A DNA stretch of 64,000 bases. It comes from Candidatus Latescibacterota bacterium (GTDB lineage Bacteria; Latescibacterota; UBA2968; GCA-2709665). Location: NCBI GenBank assembly GCA_965219995.1, contig CBDCOX010000002.1, forward strand, positions 2,496,001-2,560,000, written 5' to 3'. Each line of letters begins with the position of its first letter. The stretch's first letter is position 1. A program made the position numbers and the translations under genes. The notes below the pieces were generated by a model. That model saw only the letters and a program-made list of their open reading frames with translations. It was not told where the DNA came from and ran no database searches. Shown here piece after piece: positions 31,228 through 41,396 of this stretch.

Positions 31228-32826
31228 TTACAGCCTCTGCGGGGTCTCTACGTCAAATAGATCAGCTTGCTTTGCACGGTGCCGTGCGGCCCACTCGGGA
31301 AACAACTCGGCAACAGAATTCGCGGGGACATTTGCCAACTCCTTTGGCTCTAGCTTATGCAGTCCGCCTCCGTAGACGCGACCCTCCCCGAGCATCACCC
31401 CTGGAGAGATTTCGTTCAGGAACTCCCACACCTGTCGCTTCAGTATGGGCATTTCCTGGATGGCGCGATTTAAGGGTTCCTTCGGGTACAACATCAAATA
31501 CACGTTTGCTGCCGTTGCCTTGGAATTGTTCAATATGAAACGAAACGGCCTTCCGCTCTTCCTGTCGCTTCGGCCCAGATAGGTACAGACGTACGGAGCC
31601 GGCGGCCGGTATTCCTGCCTGTACCACAGCGCACGATGCCGACAGATATAGCGATCATTAACGCCCTCCGCCTTGCCTTCCTCCAGATACGTCCAAAGAC
31701 TCGGATAGCGTTTCTTGATTTCGCTTTCCATCCACGGTGGATCGAGCAGGAACAATCGCAGTTTGAGAAGCGGATTGCCCATTCGATCGCCCTCGACTTC
31801 GTCCTCGGGCACATATCTCGGGCTAGGAAGGATTGGCTTGAATGCATCCATAGGCAGTTGGCGCTGATGGATCTGCTCTGCTGACAGGATGAAATAGCTG
31901 TTGTTACCCGTAGCCAAACCCCGCTTTATCTTGAAAAAGTCACCCAGCACCGGTCCATCGTCTGCTTCATGGTTCTGACTCTTAGGATAACGTGTCCATT
32001 TTGGCTCACGGCGCAAAGTTTCGAGAGGAATCAATCGATCCAACACCGGTTGTTCTAGTGTTCCGCCATAGGTGAACCGAACTTGATGCTGTGGTCGAGG
32101 AGGTTCGTTCCAGAACCACACCACAGCCGACGACACAAGCGCATCGCAGAATTGCACGTCATTCGGATCGAAGCGGTGAATGTGATGAAGCGTCACCTTG
32201 TCGAGCAGGTAGCGCTTCACCGCTACCCCGTACTTCACGTCCATGAATTCGCTGGGGATCAACCAGCCAGCCAGCCCGCCGGCGGTCATCCACATATGAC
32301 TTATGCACAGGAAATAGCAATAAAGCCCGGCCAGACCGTTAATTTTCACGCCGGAAGCGGCTTGCGCGCGCGACCTTAACAGCTTTTTCTCCTCACTGTC
32401 AATATGGTGGTGCCGCACATAGGGAGGATTACAGATCAGCAGATTGAACCGATCGGAAGCCTCTGGCGCATCGGCCCGCGTGAAGTCTTCCAATATGATT
32501 TCCAGACCCGTCTTGCCCCACAGCGTCGTTGCCGGCCTGCCGTAATGCGGATCTATCTCATATCCAATGGCAGCGTCGATACGTGCTTGGGAAAACGCGT
32601 GCAGCATCGCCGAATAGAAAGCGCCAGTCCCGATAGCCGGGTCGATGAAACGCAATCTCTCGTTCTTGCCGAGACGCGCCTTCGCGTATCGCTGAATATC
32701 GACAGCAAGGCTGGTTGGTGTAGCGAACTGCCCCATTCTGTTTCGTACGGCTGCGTCTCTTCTCGCATCCAGTTCTTCCTGAAGTGCCAGCCGCCGAGTC
32801 TCCAATCCTGCAACCGCCATATTCAT
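31228..32826 (-). CDS. Type II N6-adenine DNA methyltransferase (Eco57I/XamI-like, gamma class)
   Basis: GQFATP, DPAIGTG (motif I), CNPPYVRHH (motif IV), GRVYGGGLHKLEPKEL. Confidence 0.92.
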   Translation of the reverse strand: MNMAVAGLETRRLALQEELDARRDAAVRNRMGQFATPTSLAVDIQRYAKARLGKNERLRFIDPAIGTGAFYSAMLHAFSQARIDAAIGYEIDPHYGRPATTLWGKTGLEIILEDFTRADAPEASDRFNLLICNPPYVRHHHIDSEEKKLLRSRAQAASGVKINGLAGLYCYFLCISHMWMTAGGLAGWLIPSEFMDVKYGVAVKRYLLDKVTLHHIHRFDPNDVQFCDALVSSAVVWFWNEPPRPQHQVRFTYGGTLEQPVLDRLIPLETLRREPKWTRYPKSQNHEADDGPVLGDFFKIKRGLATGNNSYFILSAEQIHQRQLPMDAFKPILPSPRYVPEDEVEGDRMGNPLLKLRLFLLDPPWMESEIKKRYPSLWTYLEEGKAEGVNDRYICRHRALWYRQEYRPPAPYVCTYLGRSDRKSGRPFRFILNNSKATAANVYLMLYPKEPLNRAIQEMPILKRQVWEFLNEISPGVMLGEGRVYGGGLHKLEPKELANVPANSVAELFPEWAARHRAKQADLFDVETPQRL

Positions 32827-32829
32827 AAT

Positions 32830-33795
32830 CTACAACCCAAGCTCGTCGAGGTCGTTGATACGATGCTCCCAGACCCAGTCAATGCCCTCCGCCGCCTCAT
32901 AGCCGAGATAGCCGCTATCAAAATACCCGCACAGAAACAGAATGTAGCGCACGTTGTTCCCATAGGTCTGGCGCAGTTGGTTCATCTTGGTCGCTTCTTC
33001 TTTACGTCGCTTGTTGACATTCGTGAAATCACCCGCCGATTTTGCTTCAATCAGTATTGGTAAGTCCGCTGTCTTCGCCCCTTTGGGCTTCACAACCGCG
33101 TCCACAGGAATATTGATCGCCTCCCCGATCCCTTCCTGCTCAACCGGCACATTTAGCCGGAACGAGTACGTTCCAGGACGCATGGCGTCATACTTCGTAC
33201 CACTACCCGTCGGCAGGTTTTTATACCTGAGTGCCTTTAACCATTTGTCAATCGCGGCAAGCTGACGTTTTTCCTGCGCATTTCGGATGATTGGATTGGC
33301 AACGGCTCCGCACAAGCGATCAGCCACGATCGTCGCCGCCCGGTAGAATTCCTGTTCGGACGGATTGTCCCTACGTTCCAACCAAACAAAGACGTCCGGA
33401 TCAGCCATCTTCTCGATGACCCTTGCAATCTTCTCAAGCTCGCTGTTCAGCTTCCGACCCGGCATTCGCGGTGGGAGTCTCTTATCCTTCTCCATCGACC
33501 TGACCAGGTTCTTAGAGACGCCGGCAAGGCCGATCAGCCGGTCCACGGCCAACGGCGGGCACGTCGACATGCGTAATGACGGCAACACCGACGGTTTCGA
33601 TCTCAGCAGTTCAACTCCGACATACGTTAAGTTCTTCGTCGCCTCGAGGGTCGCCTCCACATCCTTAGCGGTTTGCGTCCGTGTAGAACGGTAAGCCTCC
33701 GGTGCAAAGCGCATAAACCAGTCGTTGAACATGTCCACCGACTGCGCAATGTCCTCTTTCCACCGGTCCGGTTTATCTCTGTTGATGGCCATCAA
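32830..33795 (-). CDS. XamI family type II restriction endonuclease
   Basis: WKEDIAQSVD.FNDWF, NPIIRNAQEKRQL, PVD...IEAKSAGDFTNVNKRRKEEA (PD-ExK); adjacent MTase. Confidence 0.85.
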   Translation of the reverse strand: MMAINRDKPDRWKEDIAQSVDMFNDWFMRFAPEAYRSTRTQTAKDVEATLEATKNLTYVGVELLRSKPSVLPSLRMSTCPPLAVDRLIGLAGVSKNLVRSMEKDKRLPPRMPGRKLNSELEKIARVIEKMADPDVFVWLERRDNPSEQEFYRAATIVADRLCGAVANPIIRNAQEKRQLAAIDKWLKALRYKNLPTGSGTKYDAMRPGTYSFRLNVPVEQEGIGEAINIPVDAVVKPKGAKTADLPILIEAKSAGDFTNVNKRRKEEATKMNQLRQTYGNNVRYILFLCGYFDSGYLGYEAAEGIDWVWEHRINDLDELGL

Positions 33796-34002
33796 TCCTT
33801 CTACCTTATCTGAACTCCCAGCTTTGCGTTCCGGTAATGTTCCATCGTCTCATCACAAAGTTCCATCCGGTACGCACTTCGGAATACGAGTCACTTCTGA
33901 TTTCGACCGCTGCTGCTCCGGCAGCCTCATTCTTACTTCCTCCGTGGACATCCGACCTGATAGGTCGGCTAGGCGCGTCTGGCGATTCCGTCCGTCAGGC
34001 GA

Positions 34003-34935
34003 TCAAAATTCGCGCAATAGACGATCGGCAGCGGTGTAAGGATCGTCCTTTCCGGCCCCGATGTCTGCCGCCACCCTGTCAAGAGACTCCGGCGACAGCG
34101 CTGCACTGAATCGGAGACGGAGCAGCGTCTCGACGCGCTCCTTTACCTCACGCCGGATCTGCTGTTCCCGCAGAACCGCCAGCCTGTCTTCCGCTTTCAG
34201 GTGACACGAGTATTCCCGGAGCGCTTCGTACAGCTCGCCGACGCCGTTGCCGTTCGTGCCCACCGTGCGAACGAGCCGCGTTTCCCAGCCATCGACCTCG
34301 CCGCGGGCGTGAAGGGATTCGGCGAGCTCTCCCGCCAATCCGGACGCACCGGGACGGTCGGACTTATTCAGGGCAATCACGTCCGCAATTTCCATCACGC
34401 CCGCTTTCATCACCTGGATTTCGTCGCCCGCCTCCGGCACGAGGGTCAGCACGACGGCATCGACACACCAGGTCACATCCACGTCGGTCTGCCCGACCCC
34501 CGCCGTCTCGACGAGTACCACGTCCTTCCCCATCGCTTCCATCACCCGCATCGCGTCGCGCGCCGCGCGGCACAGCCCGCCCGGCAGACCCTCGTTCCCC
34601 ATGCTTCGAATAAACACCGACGGATCGCGCGACAGCGTCTGCATCCGGATCCGATCGCCCAGCAGGGCGCCGCCGGAAAACGGGCTGGCGATATCCACGG
34701 CCAGAATGCCCACCGCCCTTCCGGCTTCACGAAAGCGCGTTGCGAGACACGCCGCAAGCGTACTCTTGCCCGCGCCGGGCGGTCCGGTGATGCCGATCCG
34801 GTAAGCGCCGCCCGTTGAAGGGTATAGGGCCGCAAGAAGGGGCGACACATTGTCTTCCCGTCGCTCGATGAGCGAAATGGCGCGCGCCGCGGCGCGGACG
34901 TCACCCTTCAGCACCCGTCCGGCCAGATCTCTCAT
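34003..34935 (-). CDS. meaB: Methylmalonyl-CoA mutase-associated GTPase MeaB/ArgK
   Basis: GITGPPGAGKST, SGGALLGDRIRM, VETAGVGQ, NKSD. Confidence 0.93.
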   Translation of the reverse strand: MRDLAGRVLKGDVRAAARAISLIERREDNVSPLLAALYPSTGGAYRIGITGPPGAGKSTLAACLATRFREAGRAVGILAVDIASPFSGGALLGDRIRMQTLSRDPSVFIRSMGNEGLPGGLCRAARDAMRVMEAMGKDVVLVETAGVGQTDVDVTWCVDAVVLTLVPEAGDEIQVMKAGVMEIADVIALNKSDRPGASGLAGELAESLHARGEVDGWETRLVRTVGTNGNGVGELYEALREYSCHLKAEDRLAVLREQQIRREVKERVETLLRLRFSAALSPESLDRVAADIGAGKDDPYTAADRLLREF

Positions 34936-35327
34936 TTCACGGCTTCCCGGAGACACGCGATAATATCGCCGGTATGGGTCCCGGGCCCCCAGAAGAACGC
35001 CAGCCCTTTCGCCTCGAGGGCCTCCCGGTCCGCCGGAGAAACGATGCCGCCGCCAACCACCAGAATTTCGTCCGCGCCCCGCTCCCTGAGGAGGTCCATC
35101 ACCTTCGGAAAGATCGTCAGATGGGCTCCCGACAGAGAACTGATCCCCAGCACGTCCACGTCTTCCTGCATCGCGGTGTTCACCACCTCATCCGCGGTGC
35201 GGTGCAGACCCGTATAGATAACCTCCATCCCCGCGTCCCGCAGCGCGCGCGCCACCACCTTCGCGCCCCGGTCGTGCCCGTCCAGGCCCACCTTCGCAAT
35301 CAGAACCCGTATTTTGCGACCGGACAC
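34932..35327 (-). CDS. Cobalamin-binding subunit of a split acyl-CoA (methylmalonyl-CoA) mutase
   Basis: KVGLDGHDRGAK (DxHxxG), SSLSGAH, GGGI. Confidence 0.92.
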   Translation of the reverse strand: MSGRKIRVLIAKVGLDGHDRGAKVVARALRDAGMEVIYTGLHRTADEVVNTAMQEDVDVLGISSLSGAHLTIFPKVMDLLRERGADEILVVGGGIVSPADREALEAKGLAFFWGPGTHTGDIIACLREAVK

Positions 35328-35588
35328 CTCCGCCTCCCCAAATGATCGGCGCGGAAACTCATCGCGTCACCGCGTCCGCTTGAATGACAATGCCTGCGGC
35401 GCAAATTCCCGTATGGTTCCGTGATCCTGGAACCCTCAGGTCCCAATGCAGATCCGAACATCGCCGTTTGCGAATCCTCGGCGCAGTACCTATATTCATC
35501 ATGAAATCACTTCGCACGCAGACGCGACGCCTCAATCTACGAGATTCAGACCAGCCACAAACCCCGGCTATGGCAGAAAGGGCGAAAA

Positions 35589-36362
35589 ATGGAGGTACCG
35601 GAAACCCTGATTCCCGACGGAGTTGCCGGTTTTCGCAGGAACGGATACGTCCGGCTGAGTAACCTCTTCAGTGAAGCCGAAGTCCGCATTCTGCTCGACG
35701 CGGTCGAAACGGGCGCGCGGGTGGCCGAGAACACCCGCGCCACCTCGGATGCATCGGGAAAGTCGTCCCGGCTGGCGATCTGGCACGAACTTGGCAACGA
35801 CATCTGGACCGCGGTCTCCACGTGTCCCCGCATCGTCAACAATATCCGCATCCTTCTGGGCGAAGAGGTCGCCTTTTTCCACGGCAAGGTGATGTTCAAG
35901 GACGCCCACGAAGGCGGGGCATGGGAGTGGCACCAGGACTACGGGTACTGGTACGACCAGGGGTTCGTCTTTCCCAGGATGATCAGCGCGTTTATCGCCC
36001 TGGACGCATGCACGCGGGAAAATGGCTGCCTGCGGGTCCTTCGCGGGTCCCATCGCCTCGGGCGGCTGGATCACGTCAGAGTCGGCACCCAGACCGGCAC
36101 CGACCCCGAAAGAATCGAGGGTATCGAACCCCTGTTCGATTGCATCAACTGCGAGATGTCACCGGGTTCGGTCCTCTTCTTCGACTGCAACCTTCTCCAT
36201 TCCTCCGCGCCCAATACATCCAGCCGGCATCGACGGTCGTTCATCATCTGTTACAACGCGCTGGGCAACCCCCAGTTGGGCGGCAGGGAAACCGCCGACC
36301 AATACCCCTGTCCCGTGGGACCGGATGACGCCATACTGGAGTACGGCCGGGCGCGCGGATAG
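35589..36362 (+). CDS. Phytanoyl-CoA dioxygenase family (ectoine/proline hydroxylase-like)
   Basis: WEWHQDYGYW, NGCLRVLRGSH, LHSS..N...RR. Confidence 0.9.
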   Translation: MEVPETLIPDGVAGFRRNGYVRLSNLFSEAEVRILLDAVETGARVAENTRATSDASGKSSRLAIWHELGNDIWTAVSTCPRIVNNIRILLGEEVAFFHGKVMFKDAHEGGAWEWHQDYGYWYDQGFVFPRMISAFIALDACTRENGCLRVLRGSHRLGRLDHVRVGTQTGTDPERIEGIEPLFDCINCEMSPGSVLFFDCNLLHSSAPNTSSRHRRSFIICYNALGNPQLGGRETADQYPCPVGPDDAILEYGRARG

Positions 36363-36539
36363 CCGGGTTTACTCCCTAACAGCCCGTTGATAAAGTCCAT
36401 CCGGGCTGCGTCCGGCCCTTGTGACCGAATTACTTCGTTGCGCTCCCTCCCCGAATCCAGGGATGCGCGTCGGTCGCGCGCCTTGTCTTCGGCCACAATG
36501 ACTCGGCCTCGCCTGCAGAGCGACTTTACCAACGGACTG

Positions 36540-37583
36540 CTAACCGCTCAATACCTCGAGTTCACGGTCCGGACCCGTCAGCGGCAACTCGACCCACGCG
36601 GCGTTTCCGCCATGGGAAACGTGAAAGCCCACAATGGCCTCCAGCGTCCGCACAGCTTCCGTTGCGGCATAGGGAAAGGGCGCTTTGCCGTCCAGCCAAT
36701 CCACAATCTCGCCCACCGCCACGTCCATCGAACTTGAGGAACCGTGAGGATCCGGCCAGTGCTCCCGCCGACCGTCGCGGAACTCCAGGACCACGTCCCT
36801 GCCGTCCAGCGCGGCGCAGCCTTCCGTACCGTGGACCGCGATCCGCGGCGGCAATGTCGCATCGTCCGCCGCGTCGACGGTGCAGATCAGTCCGCGCTCG
36901 AGACGCAGCATGCCCCATCCGCCGGGGTCGCGGAACTGTGCGCCGCGGCAATCCGGCTTCCCGGCCGGATCCAGCGTGCCCGAGACCGCCTCGACGGTCC
37001 GTCCCGTCAACATCTGGATCGTGTCGATGAAATGCGTTCCGACGTTGCCAAGCCGCCCCGAGCCCCATTGCACGGTAGCCGACGTCAGCTCTCCCAATGC
37101 GCCTTCGACCACGAGGTCGCGCAGACGCCGGGCGTTGGCCTGAAAACGGCGGTTGTGGTTCACGACGAGGAGCGTTCCGGCGTCTGCGCAGGCGCTGCGC
37201 ATCCGTTCCGCGTCCGATGCACGGGTCGCGACGGGTTTTTCGCAATAGACGGCTCGCACCCCTTGCCGTGCGCAGGCGACCGTGATGTCTGCATGAAAAG
37301 GCGCATAGGTCGCGACGCTTACGATGTCCAGTGATTCCTCTGCCAGCATTTTCCGCCAGTCGGCGCAGGTCGGTACGCCCGTCCGGGCGTGAAACCGCTC
37401 CCTGCGTCCGCTGTCCCGGCTGGACCCGGACGCGATTACGACCCGCGGATGTCCGCTCAACGCATCCGTGTGAGTACCGTCCAGGTCGCTTACGAATTGG
37501 CCTATTGCGTCGCCCGATACCTGGTCCGCGCCGCCGATGAATCCCAGACCCACGATCCCGGCACGATAGGTTTTTTCAGCCAT
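36540..37583 (-). CDS. Gfo/Idh/MocA family oxidoreductase
   Basis: GIVGLGFIG, YCEKP, NHNRRF, GTHFID. Confidence 0.92.
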   Translation of the reverse strand: MAEKTYRAGIVGLGFIGGADQVSGDAIGQFVSDLDGTHTDALSGHPRVVIASGSSRDSGRRERFHARTGVPTCADWRKMLAEESLDIVSVATYAPFHADITVACARQGVRAVYCEKPVATRASDAERMRSACADAGTLLVVNHNRRFQANARRLRDLVVEGALGELTSATVQWGSGRLGNVGTHFIDTIQMLTGRTVEAVSGTLDPAGKPDCRGAQFRDPGGWGMLRLERGLICTVDAADDATLPPRIAVHGTEGCAALDGRDVVLEFRDGRREHWPDPHGSSSSMDVAVGEIVDWLDGKAPFPYAATEAVRTLEAIVGFHVSHGGNAAWVELPLTGPDRELEVLSG

Positions 37584-37696
37584 GGTTTCTCCCCGATCGG
37601 TTCGACTCACAGCGATTCGGCCCCACGTGCGCTTCACGTCCCGAGTGCGATGCCGGACGTCATTCGTTCGGTTGGGCTCCGTCCGGCCCGGCGTCT

Positions 37697-38356
37697 TTAC
37701 CCATACAGTTCAACGGCCCGCCAGAGATACCAGCTCGCGACCGACCGGAACGGACGCCAGATTTCACCGTGTTCCAGCAGGTCCGCGGGCCCGGGCAGCC
37801 CGCCCGACCCGTAGGTGAGCATAAACCCCTTTCTGACGCCCAGGTCCTTGACCGGCAGCACGTCCGCCCGGCCCAGATCGAATATCAGCATCATCTGCAC
37901 GGTCCACTCGCCCACCCCCCGGACGCGCGTGAAACGCTTGATGATCTCGTCATCAGGCATCCCGTTCAGCCGCGGCCCCGGCGGGACATCTCCCTCGAGC
38001 GTCTTTTCGGCAAGGTCTTTTATGGCAGCCACCTTGGCCCTGGACATTCCCGCACCGCGAAACGCTTCGTCGGGCAGCGCCAGCACCTGTTCCGGCTCAG
38101 GATGCGTGCTTTCCGGAAACAGATCCAGAACCCTGCCGTAGATCGTCCCGGCGGCCTTCCCGGAAAGCTGCTGGTAGACAATCGAGCGCATCAGCGCCCG
38201 AAACGGATGGTACGGCGCTCGCGCTTCCAGCAGGCACGGGCCGGCGCGTTCCATCAATCGTCCCATGGGCGCGTCCGCCTTCGAAAGCGCCGCAACCGCT
38301 TCTCCGGGATCGTATGTCAATCCATTTGCGATGTCCGGTACCACATTGCGATTCAT
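37697..38356 (-). CDS. DNA-3-methyladenine glycosylase II (AlkA-like, HhH-GPD)
   Basis: IVYQQLSGKAA, VRGVGEWTVQM, LPVKDLGVR, WRPFRSVASWYLW. Confidence 0.92.
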   Translation of the reverse strand: MNRNVVPDIANGLTYDPGEAVAALSKADAPMGRLMERAGPCLLEARAPYHPFRALMRSIVYQQLSGKAAGTIYGRVLDLFPESTHPEPEQVLALPDEAFRGAGMSRAKVAAIKDLAEKTLEGDVPPGPRLNGMPDDEIIKRFTRVRGVGEWTVQMMLIFDLGRADVLPVKDLGVRKGFMLTYGSGGLPGPADLLEHGEIWRPFRSVASWYLWRAVELYG

Positions 38357-39318
38357 GAGTTCGTTGTCGAGTGACCGCGTTTCAATGCCGCGGCCAGGGC
38401 GACCGCGCCCAGCAGGCCCGAATTACCCTCGAGTCTGGCGGGTAGAATTCGCAGATGGGGGCGGTGTACGGGCATCAGAAACCGGTCCGCCTGTTCGCGC
38501 AACGGTTCCAGGAGCACCCTGCCCGCTTTGGCCACGCTGCCGCCAATCACGATGGCTTCGGGCGCGAGCGCATTCATCGCGGCCGCCACGCCCATGCCCA
38601 GATACCGGCAGGACTCATTCACCAGCTCCAGGGCCAGCCCGTCGCCGGTTCGCGCGGCATCGAAGACCGCTTTGGCCGTAATCGGACCTTCCGACGCCTG
38701 CCGGATGCCGCGGCCTCTCCGAGGCTGCCCGCGTACGGCCTCTTCACCGCGGCGCCCGATGGCCGTGCCGGAACACAGCGCTTCGAGGCACCCGCGATTG
38801 CCGCAGTCGCAGAGCGGCCCGTCCGGAAGGACCGGCACGTGCCCGAGTTCGCCCGCGTTGCCGTTGGCGCCCCTGTAGATCTCCCGGTCGATGATAATCC
38901 CGGCGCCGATGCCCGTCCCGATATTGTAGTAGACCATGTGGCGGCAGCCTCTGCCCGCTCCGAACGTGATTTCGCCCAGCGCGCCTACGTTGGCGTCGTT
39001 GTCCACAATGGCCGGTACTCCCAGACTCCCGTGAATCGCCTCCGGAATGGCTACGTCGTCCCAACCCGGCACGTGCGTGGAATTGACGATCCGCTGCGCT
39101 TCGAAATCCACCGGGCCGCCGAAACTGATTCCGCACGCGGTCACGGTTGCCGGGGATGACGCAAGCAGCCGCCGCCCCTCTTCAAGGATGCGATCAATCA
39201 TCCATCGGGCGCCGCCGGAGCGATCGGTGGCGCCGGTCTTCCGCTTGAGAATGCGCCCGTCCGACGTCCCCAACCCCAGACGGAAACGGGTGCCGCCGAT
39301 ATCGACCGCAAGAACCAT
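38353..39318 (-). CDS. ROK family sugar kinase (glucokinase-like)
   Basis: VDIGGT, DNDAN, GTGIGAG, GELGH, CDCGNRGCLE. Confidence 0.93.
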   Translation of the reverse strand: MVLAVDIGGTRFRLGLGTSDGRILKRKTGATDRSGGARWMIDRILEEGRRLLASSPATVTACGISFGGPVDFEAQRIVNSTHVPGWDDVAIPEAIHGSLGVPAIVDNDANVGALGEITFGAGRGCRHMVYYNIGTGIGAGIIIDREIYRGANGNAGELGHVPVLPDGPLCDCGNRGCLEALCSGTAIGRRGEEAVRGQPRRGRGIRQASEGPITAKAVFDAARTGDGLALELVNESCRYLGMGVAAAMNALAPEAIVIGGSVAKAGRVLLEPLREQADRFLMPVHRPHLRILPARLEGNSGLLGAVALAAALKRGHSTTNS

Positions 39319-39328
39319 GAAGACCGCC

Positions 39329-40093
39329 TCAGTCCGCCAGCCCGCGGTCGCGAAGGTAGTCCAGCGACCGCTCGACCCGGTCTTCCACCTCCTGCCGCGT
39401 CAGCGACTCGCCGCTGATCCCCTCCACTTCGAGCGTGTAGGGGCCGTTGCGGCCGTGACCCGCGAATATCTCGAAAATAGAGGGGAAATCCACGATCCCT
39501 TCTCCGAGTGCGGGAAAATGCCACGTCTGATAGGCGCCGTTCGTATCCTTGAGATGCACGGCCGCGGCCGCGTGGGCGATCTTTCGAAACTGATCGACCG
39601 AATCCACGCCTTCATTGTAATAGTGCACGTTTGCCGTATCGAAATTGACCCGGATATTCGGATGGTCCACGCACCTCATCGTCTCCAGCGCGACGTCGGC
39701 ATTCGTGACCAGGTCCGGATGCGTTTCCATGGCCACGACAATCCCCCGTTCAGCCGCGGCATCGCCGATGTCCTGTAGTCTCCCGTAGACGAAGTCCCGG
39801 TCTATACCTCCGGTCTTTACGCTCGTGAATACCAGGCCGACCCCCATCTCCGCCACAGTATTCAGGGCGTGCGCGAACCGCTGGACCGCGTCGTCGGCGT
39901 GCATCTCGCAGCGGATGATGAGGCTCGATGGACGCAGTCCGAACCGGTCGAGCTCACGCTGCACCGCATCCCTCTCCTCGGGCTCGGGGCATGGAATCTC
40001 CACGTTGGTGAGACCGATCCGGGCAAGATGTTCGAATGCGCCGTCGCGATATTGTCGATAGCTGTTCAGGTTGCACGCAATCAGGTTTGGCAT
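39329..40093 (-). CDS. Sugar phosphate isomerase/epimerase (xylose isomerase-like TIM barrel)
   Basis: METHP, NFDTAN, VHLKD, GEGIVDF, LEVE. Confidence 0.9.
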   Translation of the reverse strand: MPNLIACNLNSYRQYRDGAFEHLARIGLTNVEIPCPEPEERDAVQRELDRFGLRPSSLIIRCEMHADDAVQRFAHALNTVAEMGVGLVFTSVKTGGIDRDFVYGRLQDIGDAAAERGIVVAMETHPDLVTNADVALETMRCVDHPNIRVNFDTANVHYYNEGVDSVDQFRKIAHAAAAVHLKDTNGAYQTWHFPALGEGIVDFPSIFEIFAGHGRNGPYTLEVEGISGESLTRQEVEDRVERSLDYLRDRGLAD

Positions 40094-40139
40094 GGCTCCT
40101 CCCGTTGGTCGTGGCCGAGGACCGGTCCACTGTACGGCT

Positions 40140-41396
40140 CTATCCGTGTCGAATCCAGCGGACCATTTCCGACAGCGTGGCCCGCTTGCCCCGCATCAGG
40201 ATCCCCACCCGGTAGATCCGTCCTGCCGCCCACATGACCCCTGCAATCGTCCCGATCAGAATCAGCACCGACGCCGCGATTTCGATCATCGGAGGGGTGA
40301 GGACGTTCACCCGCACAATCATGATCATAGGCGCAAAGAACGGAATCAGCGACATCACCACGGAAGGGGCGGCATTGGGCTGCCGGGTGATGAACGTCAT
40401 GGCAAGCAGCGAGAGGATCATGGGGACGATGACGAGGATCTGCAAGTGCTGCGCATCCTGTTCGGTGTCGCAGATTGCGCCGATGATCGCGTAGAGCGTG
40501 GCGTACAGGAAATAACCCAGGATGAAGTAGATCCCGAAGTAGATAACCACGCCCGTTTCGATCGCGAAGGGCAGGTTGGGACCGAACGCCATCCTGCCAT
40601 AGGCCGTGGCCAGCAGACCCACGCCGATCCAGACCGTGACCTGGACCAGGCTGGCTGCGCCGATGCCCAGAATCTTCCCGGCCATCATCTGCATGGGATC
40701 GACCGAGGAAAGCATCACCTCCACCATGCGGGTGGACTTCTCTTCAAGGACCCCGCGCATGACCATGATTCCATACAGGATGGTTACCATATAAAGCAAC
40801 ATCGCGAATGCAAACGAGGTGAAATATTCACGGGCAAACCCGCTCTTCTTCTCCTTCCCCTTGACGATTTTCAGCGTTTGAAGCTGCACCCTGCGGGTCC
40901 ATTCTCTCACCTCTTCGGGATCCAGCCCCCGCTGCGCCAGCCTGTGGGCAACCACAATGTGAGTCAATGCACTCCGCAATCGCCCGACCTGCCGGATGTC
41001 GCTTACGTTCTTCCCGTAGAACCCGGCCTCGCCCTTCTCGAAAATATCGGGAGGCACCACAAGGTAGGCGTCCAGCTTTCCGGCGTTGATCTCGGAAGTA
41101 AGCTGTCGCCGCGTGGTTTCCAGGTCGGGGCCGGGCCGAACTTCCTGCAAGAGGTATTCCGGCCGGCCGTCCTCGAGTCGTTCGTCCAGGCGGGCTTCGA
41201 GCGGTCCGTACAGGATCCCGGTCCGGTCGACCACGGCGATGCGTTTCTGTTTGCCGACGTCGACACGCGCCAGAAAAACGGGGACGAGGATACTGGCCAC
41301 GACGAATACCGGCACCAGAAACAGGCCGATCAGGAAACTCTTCTTGCGGACGATTTCGACAAATTCCCGACGGACGATCTTCAATATCTTATTCAT
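40140..41396 (-). CDS. ABC-2 type transporter permease (NatB/YhaP-like)
   Basis: EEKSTRMVEVMLSSV, GKILG, multiple TM helices. Confidence 0.92.
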   Translation of the reverse strand: MNKILKIVRREFVEIVRKKSFLIGLFLVPVFVVASILVPVFLARVDVGKQKRIAVVDRTGILYGPLEARLDERLEDGRPEYLLQEVRPGPDLETTRRQLTSEINAGKLDAYLVVPPDIFEKGEAGFYGKNVSDIRQVGRLRSALTHIVVAHRLAQRGLDPEEVREWTRRVQLQTLKIVKGKEKKSGFAREYFTSFAFAMLLYMVTILYGIMVMRGVLEEKSTRMVEVMLSSVDPMQMMAGKILGIGAASLVQVTVWIGVGLLATAYGRMAFGPNLPFAIETGVVIYFGIYFILGYFLYATLYAIIGAICDTEQDAQHLQILVIVPMILSLLAMTFITRQPNAAPSVVMSLIPFFAPMIMIVRVNVLTPPMIEIAASVLILIGTIAGVMWAAGRIYRVGILMRGKRATLSEMVRWIRHG

